In this document: piece after piece, positions 18,448 to 27,560 of the stretch
Position numbering within the stretch: position 1 is the first letter of the stretch
How the letters are laid out: each line of letters begins with the position of its first letter
Position numbers and translations under genes: made by a program
Notes under the pieces: model-generated
Seen by the model: only the letters and a program-made list of their open reading frames with translations
What the model was told of the DNA's origin: nothing
The model's database searches: none
DNA from: an uncultured delta proteobacterium
Lineage (GTDB): Bacteria > Desulfobacterota > Desulfuromonadia > Geobacterales > DSM-12255
Assembly: GCA_963787125.1 (NCBI GenBank)
Contig: CAWBBV010000007.1
Coordinates: 320,001-384,000, forward strand
Length of the DNA: 64,000 bases
Direction: 5' to 3'

Positions 18448-19830
18448 GTGTCTGATAAAAAACGTATTCTGCTCATCGATAATGAAGAAGGCCTCTGTCG
18501 GATGATGGAGGCGGTTCTGCTTGATGCCGGCTACAAGGTTAAGTCCTATACCCGCTCATTTCAGGCTGTCGAGGATTTTGCTCCCGGCGAATGGGATCTG
18601 GTCATAACAGACATCAAAATGCCGGGAATGGATGGTCTTGAGGTGTTGCAGCGGATCAAGGCACTGCAGCCCCAGATTCCGGTCATAATGATAACTGCTT
18701 TTGCGACTGTGGAGATGTCGATTCAGGCTCTGCGCAAAGGTGCTTATGATATGCTGACCAAACCTTTTGAACCTGAAGAGCTTCTTTACCGGGTGAAAAA
18801 TGCGCTCACCCAGACTGAGCTGATTGAGGAGAATAAAGAACTTAAGGCGGAGCTTGCCGGCAAATTCCGTTTCGAGAACATAATCGGCGCTTCAACGGGC
18901 CTTAAAGCTGTGCTGGAGCGTGTTGAAAAGATTGCCATTCGTGACACTTCAATCCTGATAACCGGTGAGTCCGGTACCGGCAAGGAGTTGATCGCACAGG
19001 CTATCCACTATAATTCACCGCGAAAGGGGAAGCGTTTTGTCGCCATAAATTGTGGCGCACTGCCGGAATCTATCCTTGAAGGTGAGCTTTTCGGTTATAA
19101 AAAAGGGGCTTTTACCGGTGCAAAAGAGAACCGCGCCGGACTTCTGGAAACAGCTGACGGTGGGACACTCTTTCTTGACGAAGTGGGTAATCTGCCGATG
19201 AATGTCCAGAAAACCCTGCTCCGGTTTTTGCAGGAACAGGAGTTCAATCGCTTGGGAGATACCACTCCGACAAAGGTTGATGTCCGGATTCTCTCGGCAA
19301 CTAACTCGGACCTGAAGCAGGCAATCAAGAACGGCGCCTTTCGCGAAGACCTATACTACCGGCTTAATGTTGTCAATATCCATCTGCCACCCTTAAGAGA
19401 GCGCAGAGGAGATATCCCTCTTTTAGCGGCTCACTTCATTGTCCTCCAGAACAGCAAGTTCGGAACCGGGGTGAAAGGGCTTGATTCCGAAGCGATGGCT
19501 GCAGTAGCCCAGTATGACTGGCCGGGTAACATCCGCGAAATGAAAAACGTGATTGAGGCTTCCCTTGCGATGGAGAACGAAGAGCATCTGACCTTTGCAA
19601 CTTTGGCCCAGTTTATCGAAATGCCGGAAGTTATTTTCTCATTACCGGTAGATGAGCAGGTAGATGGGGACTACAGCTCTGCCATGGCACGTTTTGAGGC
19701 GGAGTATCTCTCCGGGCTGCTTACCCGCTACGGCTGGAATGTCGATGCCGCTGCCAGAGACGCCGGCATGAATATGGCGACGATGTATCGCAAAATAAAA
19801 AAATATTCGCTCAAAAAGGATTCAGCTTAA
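18448..19830 (+). CDS. Sigma54-dependent (NtrC-family) response regulator
   Basis: REC domain (TDIKMP), GESGTGKE, GAFTGA, FLDEV, WPGNIRE and Fis-type HTH. Confidence 0.95.
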   Translation: MSDKKRILLIDNEEGLCRMMEAVLLDAGYKVKSYTRSFQAVEDFAPGEWDLVITDIKMPGMDGLEVLQRIKALQPQIPVIMITAFATVEMSIQALRKGAYDMLTKPFEPEELLYRVKNALTQTELIEENKELKAELAGKFRFENIIGASTGLKAVLERVEKIAIRDTSILITGESGTGKELIAQAIHYNSPRKGKRFVAINCGALPESILEGELFGYKKGAFTGAKENRAGLLETADGGTLFLDEVGNLPMNVQKTLLRFLQEQEFNRLGDTTPTKVDVRILSATNSDLKQAIKNGAFREDLYYRLNVVNIHLPPLRERRGDIPLLAAHFIVLQNSKFGTGVKGLDSEAMAAVAQYDWPGNIREMKNVIEASLAMENEEHLTFATLAQFIEMPEVIFSLPVDEQVDGDYSSAMARFEAEYLSGLLTRYGWNVDAAARDAGMNMATMYRKIKKYSLKKDSA

Positions 19831-20033
19831 CTGCTGAACGAGAAGTGTGGATTGAGGTCGAAGGGTGAGAAAAGCTTTTTTTTTTCTTACTTCGCTTAAA
19901 CTCAACCGGTTTTCCTTTGACCTGTTGCTCCCTTTTTTGTTTTAAGTTTGGCTGAATTTTGTTATAAGCAGTCGGTATGCCTGACCCTCTCGGCCAGAAT
20001 AAGTGAACCCCTATAAAAAGGAAGCTTTCGGAG

Positions 20034-21101
20034 ATGTCAGAAGCAAGGCTGTCCGCTGCATCGAAGGTTGTCGTGCCGCTGGGTGCGGATTCAATACTTG
20101 TTTTCGGGCGGGTGAATATCCGCTATCTGTCCGGTTTTGCCGGGAGTGATGGCGCGCTCCTCCTGATGGAAGCTGAACGGACACTTCTCTGCGATTCCAG
20201 ATATTCACTGCAAGCTCGCAGCGAAGCTCAGCTCTGTACGGTTTTTGAATATAAGGCCAAGCTTGAAGGGATAGCGACACTCCTTAAGGAAAAAGGCTGC
20301 CTGAAGGTTGCTTTTGATGCCGAGCAACTGCCGGTCTCGTTTTTCAACGCTTTGACTGCGGCTACTCCGGGGGTGGAATTCATCCCCCTTTCTGACCAGC
20401 TTGATCAACTCCGCTCGTTAAAGACTGCTGCCGAGATTGAGTTGATAGCCTGTTCTGCCGAGATCGCATCATCTGCTTTTGAAGAGCTGCTCCAGTTGAT
20501 AAAGCCGGGCGTATCCGAGCGGCGGCTAGCGCTTGAGCTGGAAATACTGATGAAAAATAAAGGGGCAGATGAAAAGTCCTTTGATTTTATCGTGGCCTCC
20601 GGAGAGCGCGGCGCTCTTCCCCATGGAAGACCGACGGAGAGGCTTTTAAGCGCCAACGAGATGGTCACAATAGACTTTGGCGCCAGTGTGGCCGGTTATA
20701 ACTCTGATGAAACAGTCACTGTCGCTGTCGGGAAGCCTGACAGTCGACTGTTAGAGATATATTCTGTTGTGAAAAAAGCCCATGATCTTGCGCTCTGTGC
20801 GGTCAAGCCTGGAATTGAGTGCAGGGCGCTTGACGCAATCGCCCGTGAATATATAAAATGCTCCGGCTTTGGAGAATTCTTCGGCCATGGTCTTGGTCAC
20901 GGAGTAGGTTTGGAGATTCATGAAAAACCGACGGTATCTTCCCGAAGTAATCAACTGGTTGAGGAAGGTATGGTTATAACGATTGAGCCGGGTGTGTATA
21001 TCCCTGGTCTCGGTGGTGTCAGAATAGAGGACCTTGTTTATGTTACAGCTGATGGTTGCACTGTTTTAAGTAAAGTTTGTAAAGAACTAATTGTTTGCTA
21101 G
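20034..21101 (+). CDS. Xaa-Pro aminopeptidase (M24B)
   Basis: IDFGA..YNSD, HGLGHGVGLEIHE, TIEPG, GVRIED. Confidence 0.93.
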   Translation: MSEARLSAASKVVVPLGADSILVFGRVNIRYLSGFAGSDGALLLMEAERTLLCDSRYSLQARSEAQLCTVFEYKAKLEGIATLLKEKGCLKVAFDAEQLPVSFFNALTAATPGVEFIPLSDQLDQLRSLKTAAEIELIACSAEIASSAFEELLQLIKPGVSERRLALELEILMKNKGADEKSFDFIVASGERGALPHGRPTERLLSANEMVTIDFGASVAGYNSDETVTVAVGKPDSRLLEIYSVVKKAHDLALCAVKPGIECRALDAIAREYIKCSGFGEFFGHGLGHGVGLEIHEKPTVSSRSNQLVEEGMVITIEPGVYIPGLGGVRIEDLVYVTADGCTVLSKVCKELIVC

Positions 21102-21135
21102 AATTTTATCCGTAATAAAAAAGGAGAAAAGAACG

Positions 21136-21600
21136 ATGGATATTAAAGACCTGAAAGTGCTGGTAAAGATGATCACCGAAACTGACATCACTGAGTTCGA
21201 AATGGAGAGCGGCGAAGAGAGGATATTCCTTAAGCGTGGCAGTGAGCCTCAAGTGGTTCAGTATCAGACTGCTCCTGCTCCTGTCTATGCACAGGCTCCC
21301 CATGGGTTTGCAGCCCCTGCTACAGTTGCATCAGCTCCGGCCGTTGCTGAAGATGAGAAGGGCGAGCGGATTCCATCGCCGATTGTCGGGACATTCTACC
21401 GGTCACCGGCTCCTGATGCGGCTCATTTTGTAGAAGTGGGACAGGTTGTGGAAAAAGGTCAGGTGCTTTGCATAGTCGAGGCGATGAAGCTGATGAACGA
21501 GATTGAAGCCGAATTTCGCTGCAAGATAATCAAGGTCTGCCGTGAGAATGCCGAACCGGTAGAGTACAATGATACGTTGTTCATCGTCGAAAAACTCTAG
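21136..21600 (+). CDS. accB: Acetyl-CoA carboxylase biotin carboxyl carrier protein
   Basis: EAMKLMNEIE biotinylation motif; AAGGAG RBS. Confidence 0.96.
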   Translation: MDIKDLKVLVKMITETDITEFEMESGEERIFLKRGSEPQVVQYQTAPAPVYAQAPHGFAAPATVASAPAVAEDEKGERIPSPIVGTFYRSPAPDAAHFVEVGQVVEKGQVLCIVEAMKLMNEIEAEFRCKIIKVCRENAEPVEYNDTLFIVEKL

Positions 21601-21624
21601 CAGAGAGCTTACAGGAGATACTTC

Positions 21625-22965
21625 ATGTTTCATAAAGTCCTAATCGCTAATCGCGGTGAAATTGCAATGCGTGTCATTCGCGCTTGCAAGGAGCTCGGTA
21701 TTAAAACCGTGGCTGTATACTCTACTGCTGACAGGGATTCGCTCCATGTAAAGCTTGCCGATGAGAGTGTCTGTATTGGCCCCCCTCCAAGTATACATAG
21801 CTATCTGAACATAAATGCCATCATCAGTGCCGCAGAATTGACTGATGCCGAGGCGATACATCCAGGGTACGGATTTCTTTCTGAAAATGCTGCCTTTGCC
21901 GAAATCTGCGAGAACTGCGGGATTAATTTTATCGGCCCAAACTCTTCCAGCATGAGGATTATGGGCGACAAGATAAGTGCCCGTCAGGCTGTTATCAAAG
22001 AGGGGGTACCGATCCTTCCGGGTACCAAGGAAGGGGTCAAGGATGTCAACGAAGCTGTCAAGATCGCCAAGGAGATTGGCCTGCCGGTAATCATCAAGGC
22101 GACGGCAGGCGGCGGTGGTCGCGGGATGAAGATTGTTCACTCTCCGGCAGCACTTCCTAACGCCTTTGCCACAGCTCGGGCAGAAGCACAGGCAGGTTTT
22201 GGCAACCCTGAAGTTTATATCGAGAAATACTGCGAGCAGCCGCGTCATGTGGAGATTCAGATACTCGGTGATAAGCATGGTAATGTCATCCATCTTGGCG
22301 AGCGCGATTGCTCGATCCAAAGGCGCCATCAGAAAATAATCGAAGAGGCTCCTTCAACTGTAAGCACTCCGGCACTCCGTCAGGCGATGGGAGATGCGGC
22401 AGTACGCGCTGCCAAGGCAGTCGGCTACTACAGCGCCGGGACGATAGAATTCCTGGTGGATAAGAACAACAACTTTTACTTCATGGAGATGAATACAAGG
22501 GTACAGGTAGAACATCCTGTCACTGAGATGGTTACCGGGATCGATATTGTCCGGGAGCAGATCCTGATTGCCTACGGCAACAAACTCCGCTACAAGCAGA
22601 GTGATGTGAAAATAAACGGTCATTCCATTGAGTGCAGGATAAATGCTGAAGATCCGGTGAAATTTACCCCTTCTCCAGGCAAGATAACCTCATACCATAC
22701 TCCCGGTGGGCTTGGAGTCCGGGTTGACTCATTTGTTTATGACGGCTATACTGTTGTTCCGCATTATGACTCTCTTATTGCCAAGCTGATAGTTCATGCA
22801 GAGACAAGAGACGACGCGATCAAGCGGATGGCTAGGGCTTTGGATGAGTATATCGTCGAAGGCATAAAAACCACGATACCGTTTCACCGACAGATAATGG
22901 CCAACAAGGACTTTATCCAGGGTAACATTGACACAAGCTTTCTTGAGCGAGTAGTTTTGGAGTAA
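21625..22965 (+). CDS. accC: Acetyl-CoA carboxylase biotin carboxylase
   Basis: [27 protein letters not shown]. Confidence 0.97.
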   Translation: MFHKVLIANRGEIAMRVIRACKELGIKTVAVYSTADRDSLHVKLADESVCIGPPPSIHSYLNINAIISAAELTDAEAIHPGYGFLSENAAFAEICENCGINFIGPNSSSMRIMGDKISARQAVIKEGVPILPGTKEGVKDVNEAVKIAKEIGLPVIIKATAGGGGRGMKIVHSPAALPNAFATARAEAQAGFGNPEVYIEKYCEQPRHVEIQILGDKHGNVIHLGERDCSIQRRHQKIIEEAPSTVSTPALRQAMGDAAVRAAKAVGYYSAGTIEFLVDKNNNFYFMEMNTRVQVEHPVTEMVTGIDIVREQILIAYGNKLRYKQSDVKINGHSIECRINAEDPVKFTPSPGKITSYHTPGGLGVRVDSFVYDGYTVVPHYDSLIAKLIVHAETRDDAIKRMARALDEYIVEGIKTTIPFHRQIMANKDFIQGNIDTSFLERVVLE

Positions 22966-22968
22966 AGT

Positions 22969-23355
22969 ATGGATCTTCCTGAAGAACTTTTGTATAGCAA
23001 GGAGCATCTCTGGATCAGGGTAGAAGGGGGCAGGGCTGTTATTGGTATATCTGATTTTGCCCAGGAAGAGCTCGGGACTATCAGCGCCATCGAACTTCCT
23101 GACATTGGTGATGAGTTGGAGCAGGATGACTCCTTCGGCTCAGTTGAAGCGAGAAAGACAGTTGCCGAACTTTATGCACCTGTTGGCGGTGTGGTAGTAG
23201 AAGTGAACACTGAAGTAATAGATTCAGCAGAAATAGTTAATGACGATCCGTATGATGGCGGCTGGCTTCTGGCCATTGAGATGTCTGACCCTGAGGAGCT
23301 GAAGCTGCTTATGTCAGTGGATGATTATCTTGAACAGGTCTCAGACGAGACCTGA
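22969..23355 (+). CDS. gcvH: Glycine cleavage system H protein (lipoyl carrier)
   Basis: YSKEHLW, GISDFAQEELG, VEARK (lipoyl Lys), NDDPYDGGW. Confidence 0.9.
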   Translation: MDLPEELLYSKEHLWIRVEGGRAVIGISDFAQEELGTISAIELPDIGDELEQDDSFGSVEARKTVAELYAPVGGVVVEVNTEVIDSAEIVNDDPYDGGWLLAIEMSDPEELKLLMSVDDYLEQVSDET

Positions 23356-23379
23356 CAACTATTTTTAATTGTTACCTGA

Positions 23380-23408
23380 AGGGCGAGATTTTCTCGCCTT
23401 TTTTTTTG
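23380..23408 (+). terminator. Intrinsic terminator after gcvH
   Basis: GGCGAGA..TCTCGCC stem followed by a T-tract. Confidence 0.65.
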
Positions 23409-23421
23409 AGGAGATGCGAAA

Positions 23422-24267
23422 GTGCTTCGTATAGGTGAGATTAGCTATCTGAACTGCACCCCTCTATTTGAAACTCTGCGGGGTAACTTCCAGGATAGTG
23501 GTTATAGTTTTGTCAGCGGTCATCCGTCAGATCTGAATGCAAAGCTTCGCAGTGGCGGCATAGATATCTGCCCTTCCTCGTCAATCGAGTATGCCCGTAA
23601 TCCCGAACTTTACCTGATTCTCCCTGAACTCTCAATCAGCTCCATCGGCCCGGTCTGGAGTGTTCTGCTCTTCTCCAAGCTGCCGATTGAATCTTTAAAC
23701 GGCGCCTCAATAGCCCTTACCAGCGAGTCAGAAACATCGGTCGCGCTACTTAAAATCCTCCTCTCACAAAGGTACGGCTTTACAAATAACTATTATCGTG
23801 CTGAAGGCTCCGGAGTGAACCTGTTATTTGGTAAAGATGCTCTGCTCTTGATAGGCGATAAGGCTTTAAAGAGTGCTGTAGCTAACAGTGAAGGCCATGT
23901 GTATGATCTTGGCGAACTTTGGTATGAGTTTACCGGTCTCCCTTTTGTCTTTGCTCTCTGGTTGCTTCGGGAAGACGCTTTGCGGCGATCTCCTGAGGCG
24001 GTCAAGCTGATTCATGAAAGAGTTGTCGCCTCGAAACTTAAAGCTGTTGAAAGTTTTGCGGAGATTGCGACAACATTAAAACAAAATGAGTGGACAAACA
24101 GCGGCTTTCTCATTAATTATTGGAAAATCATCTCTTACGATCTTACCGATAGCCATGCCGAGGGGTTGAAACTCTTTTATAGTTATGCTGCAAAGACTGG
24201 TCTCATTGAGCGTGAGCCACCTCTGCGGATGCTGGAGCAGCGGGTTTGTAATGAACAGAAATTCTGA
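23422..24267 (+). CDS. mqnA: Chorismate dehydratase (futalosine menaquinone pathway)
   Basis: IGEISYLNCTP, LLIGDKAL, DLGELWYEFTGLPFVFALW. Confidence 0.88.
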   Translation: MLRIGEISYLNCTPLFETLRGNFQDSGYSFVSGHPSDLNAKLRSGGIDICPSSSIEYARNPELYLILPELSISSIGPVWSVLLFSKLPIESLNGASIALTSESETSVALLKILLSQRYGFTNNYYRAEGSGVNLLFGKDALLLIGDKALKSAVANSEGHVYDLGELWYEFTGLPFVFALWLLREDALRRSPEAVKLIHERVVASKLKAVESFAEIATTLKQNEWTNSGFLINYWKIISYDLTDSHAEGLKLFYSYAAKTGLIEREPPLRMLEQRVCNEQKF

Positions 24268-26623
24268 AGAAATGTCATGGACAGAAACATTAAGCCGCCG
24301 TTTTGCCGACCGCGGCAGTGTCTCTTTGTCTGTTGAAAGTAGTGACCTTCTAGGGTGTGCTGAAAGAATTCGCCTTGTAGCTCTTGTTCGCTGGGTTCTC
24401 CTTACGGTACTGGCCACATATGGGGTCTTTGCCGGCAGTACCTATCTGTTCAGCCGTTATGGATTTTTCATCTCGAAAGAGCAGATATTTCTCCTCATAA
24501 TCACCATCATTGTTGTTGTCCTCTATAATCTCATCAGCCATTTCAATAGCATCAAGCTGGCTAAATACCCTTTTTCCAGGAATGCACTGATACTGATGGA
24601 CCTGCTGACTGTAACAGTGCTTATCCACTGCAGTGGCGGTGCGACAAGCTGGTTCTGGCCGGTATACATGATCGTAACCCTTGAATCTGCCTATCTGCTT
24701 GACGTGCAGCGCAACGTCTGGATTATCGGTGGTGCGGGGTGGTTTAGCTACTGCTTGCTCCTTCTGGCCGAATACAGCAACATCGTCCCTTCGGTAAAGA
24801 TGCCTTTTGTTGATGCCGCCCTCAATCACGATACCCATTATCTCTTCCTTATGGCCCTGTGGGTTGTTATTACTAATGCTGTCACAGCAATTATAGCTAA
24901 CTCTCTTATGGCAGTTATCAGGCGCGAGACAATGCTTGCAAGAGAAAGTGAGGAAAGGCTTCTCGGCTTTATTGACAACGCCACGGATCTGATTCACTGC
25001 AATACGCCTGAGGGTGAAATCCTTTTCATGAATAGTGCGATGCGAAACGCAGTCGGTTATCAGGATGAAGAAGGGGATTTGCGAGAATTCACTGCTATTC
25101 TCAGTAAAGAGTCAAGAGAGAGTACTGCCAGGGAGCTGCGCAAAATCATCGCTGGCAAAAAGGTAGATTCTTTTGAGCTTTCTTTCAGGGGTGCGGATGG
25201 TCAGGATATCTCTGCAGAAGGGAATCTTACCTGTAATTTTCAGGATGGTAAACCGACTCTCCTTTGGGGTATCTGGCGGGATATTACGGAGAAAAAACGC
25301 GCTCAGGCACGTCTTTATAGTCTTGCCCACAATGACAGTCTGACCGGGCTCCCCAACCGGATTCTTTTCAGGGACAGGCTGAAGCAGGCGATCGCTTATG
25401 CAAACCGCCAGAAGCGCTCTGTTGCTTTACTATTTCTTGATCTTGACCGGTTCAAACTTGTAAACGACTCACTTGGTCACCCATTGGGAGACAGGCTTCT
25501 TCAGGCCGTTGCAAAGGCACTGCAGTTATCTGTGCGCGAGGTCGACACTGTTGCCAGATTCGGTGGCGACGAATTCACGGTCGTCCTGAGTAATCTTGAT
25601 CACCCTGATGACGCGCTTCTGGTGGCAAAGAAGATCCTGAAGGCTTTGCAAAAACCGTTTGTTATTGACGGTAATGAACTGTTTGCCATGGGGAGTATCG
25701 GCATCAGCATTTTCCCTGAGCATGGGGATGATATGGACAGTCTTATAAAAAAGGCTGACATTGCCATGTATGAGGCAAAATCCCAGGGTGGTGACCGCTG
25801 GGTGCTCTACGATCCGGTCATGGATCAGAACTCTCATAAGCGGCTCCTTTTGGAAAACAGCCTTAGAAAAGCGCTCTCAAGAAATGAGTTCCGGCTTGTT
25901 TATCAGCCAAAAGTTGACATTGTAACGGGGCAGATAACCGCCATGGAAGCTCTTTTGCGCTGGGATCACCCGGAGCTTGGGCTGGTCAAGCCGGATGAAT
26001 TTATCCCGCTTGCTGAAGAGACTGGATTGATACTGACAATCGGTGAATGGGTACTTGAACGTGCTTGCCGGCAGAATGTGGAGTGGTTTAATCAGGGGAT
26101 TCCACAAATGCGGGTTGCAGTGAACATCTCCGGCCACCAGCTGCAACAGGCCGATTTCTTAATCCGCCTGGAAGAGATAGTCTCTAAGACCGGGATGCCC
26201 TTTGATCAACTGGAGATAGAGATTACCGAGAGTGTCATCATGCAGAACCCTGATTTTACGATTCATATTCTTAATGAAGTACAAGCGAAAGGCATTCATA
26301 TCTCAGTAGACGACTTTGGAACCGGCTATTCTTCGCTGGCACACCTTAAGCGGTTTTCGGTCAACACCTTGAAGATCGATAAGTCCTTTGTAAGGGATGT
26401 TGAGTCAAACCAGACGGATGCGGCGATTACAACAGCTATCATTGCCATGGGGAGTAGCCTGAATTTGCGAGTGATTGCTGAAGGTGTGGAGACAGAAGGG
26501 CAGTATACGTTTCTTCAAAAGGCGATGTGTGACGAGATTCAGGGATATCTAATCAGCAGGCCGATCCCGCCTGAAAAAGTCGGTGAATTTATCAAGGCCA
26601 AAGGGTGGAAAAGGCGGCAATAA
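24251..26623 (+). CDS. Membrane PAS-GGDEF-EAL diguanylate cyclase/phosphodiesterase
   Basis: Multiple TM helices, PAS, intact RFGGDEF, EALLRW and DDFGTGYSS; start codon approximate. Confidence 0.93.
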   Translation: MNRNSEEMSWTETLSRRFADRGSVSLSVESSDLLGCAERIRLVALVRWVLLTVLATYGVFAGSTYLFSRYGFFISKEQIFLLIITIIVVVLYNLISHFNSIKLAKYPFSRNALILMDLLTVTVLIHCSGGATSWFWPVYMIVTLESAYLLDVQRNVWIIGGAGWFSYCLLLLAEYSNIVPSVKMPFVDAALNHDTHYLFLMALWVVITNAVTAIIANSLMAVIRRETMLARESEERLLGFIDNATDLIHCNTPEGEILFMNSAMRNAVGYQDEEGDLREFTAILSKESRESTARELRKIIAGKKVDSFELSFRGADGQDISAEGNLTCNFQDGKPTLLWGIWRDITEKKRAQARLYSLAHNDSLTGLPNRILFRDRLKQAIAYANRQKRSVALLFLDLDRFKLVNDSLGHPLGDRLLQAVAKALQLSVREVDTVARFGGDEFTVVLSNLDHPDDALLVAKKILKALQKPFVIDGNELFAMGSIGISIFPEHGDDMDSLIKKADIAMYEAKSQGGDRWVLYDPVMDQNSHKRLLLENSLRKALSRNEFRLVYQPKVDIVTGQITAMEALLRWDHPELGLVKPDEFIPLAEETGLILTIGEWVLERACRQNVEWFNQGIPQMRVAVNISGHQLQQADFLIRLEEIVSKTGMPFDQLEIEITESVIMQNPDFTIHILNEVQAKGIHISVDDFGTGYSSLAHLKRFSVNTLKIDKSFVRDVESNQTDAAITTAIIAMGSSLNLRVIAEGVETEGQYTFLQKAMCDEIQGYLISRPIPPEKVGEFIKAKGWKRRQ

Positions 26624-27076
26624 TCAGATTCTGCCTGACAGTTTTCGGTGATGATAATCTTTTATTATCCGGTCGTGATCAAAACAGAGATTTAACGGTA
26701 GTTCGTCAGGCTTAAACAGGCAGGCTGACTTTGCATCATCGCCAGCTACCGGCGAATCTGATCCTTTTGCTACGAACACTGTGGAGATGTTGTGCTGCCT
26801 TAAGTCTCTGGCAGGATCTGAGTAACAACCAAGAAGCCTTAAATCCGTTACGGCAATAGAGGTTTCCTCCAGTGCTTCACGGGTCGCAGCAGCTTCGAGG
26901 GTCTCTCCGTAATCTACAAATCCCCCAGGCAGTGCCCAGCCGTAAGGTTTATTCTGCCTTTCAATAAGAACAATTCTTGAATCGATTTCGATGATGATAT
27001 CCACCGTCGGAATCGGATTTCTGTAGGATTTTACGCCTGAGCCGCAGGCAGGGCAGGTAAGTATGTCGTAGGCCAT
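26624..27076 (-). CDS. NUDIX hydrolase
   Basis: Nudix box GGFVDYGETLEAAATREALEET. Confidence 0.93.
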   Translation of the reverse strand: MAYDILTCPACGSGVKSYRNPIPTVDIIIEIDSRIVLIERQNKPYGWALPGGFVDYGETLEAAATREALEETSIAVTDLRLLGCYSDPARDLRQHNISTVFVAKGSDSPVAGDDAKSACLFKPDELPLNLCFDHDRIIKDYHHRKLSGRI

Positions 27077-27087
27077 GTCATATCCAA

Positions 27088-27120
27088 TAAAAAAGGGGGG
27101 GACTGGTATCCCCCCCTTTT
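27088..27120. terminator. Intrinsic terminator (bidirectional-looking)
   Basis: A-tract, G7...C7 stem, T-tract. Confidence 0.7.
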
Positions 27121-27139
27121 AAGATATATATGCGGTTTT

Positions 27140-27430
27140 CTACTTCTTCTTGCCGCCGGCTGCTTTCTTCGATGCCTTGAGAGGGTTGACCTTGAGGTCG
27201 TCGACCTTTATCTCAATCTTAACGTGGGTGGCAAAGTTACAGATGCCGTTCAGCCACTTCTTCTCCGGCGCAGGGTAGGAGCCACAGACCTTGCCGATAC
27301 TCCCCTCTACTATTCGCTCACACCCTTCACAATTATCTACAATCACCTGACAAGAACCGTCAGAGAATACACATCCCTGTTTCCCCCAGAAAGTACACTC
27401 GCTGCCGGGAAGAACCGTTTGACACTGCAT
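27140..27430 (-). CDS. PxxKW-family cysteine-rich protein
   Basis: Cys-rich with PEKKW...CNFATH and a basic tail NPLKASKK. Confidence 0.85.
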   Translation of the reverse strand: MQCQTVLPGSECTFWGKQGCVFSDGSCQVIVDNCEGCERIVEGSIGKVCGSYPAPEKKWLNGICNFATHVKIEIKVDDLKVNPLKASKKAAGGKKK

Positions 27431-27560
27431 GAAGAAAGCCTCCTATAAAATTCCTTTATTTTTCGCGGATTTTCAGTTTAGCAATTTTGAAGAAAAAAAG
27501 TCAACAGGAAAATCTTTCTGCTACTGGACATCTGGATTCTTTCTGCCGACCAAGACAGAT

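Noticed and set aside
19848..19908. Long imperfect hairpin as an ncRNA
   Set aside because: Adequately explained as a terminator-like or repeat hairpin after the regulator; no family motifs
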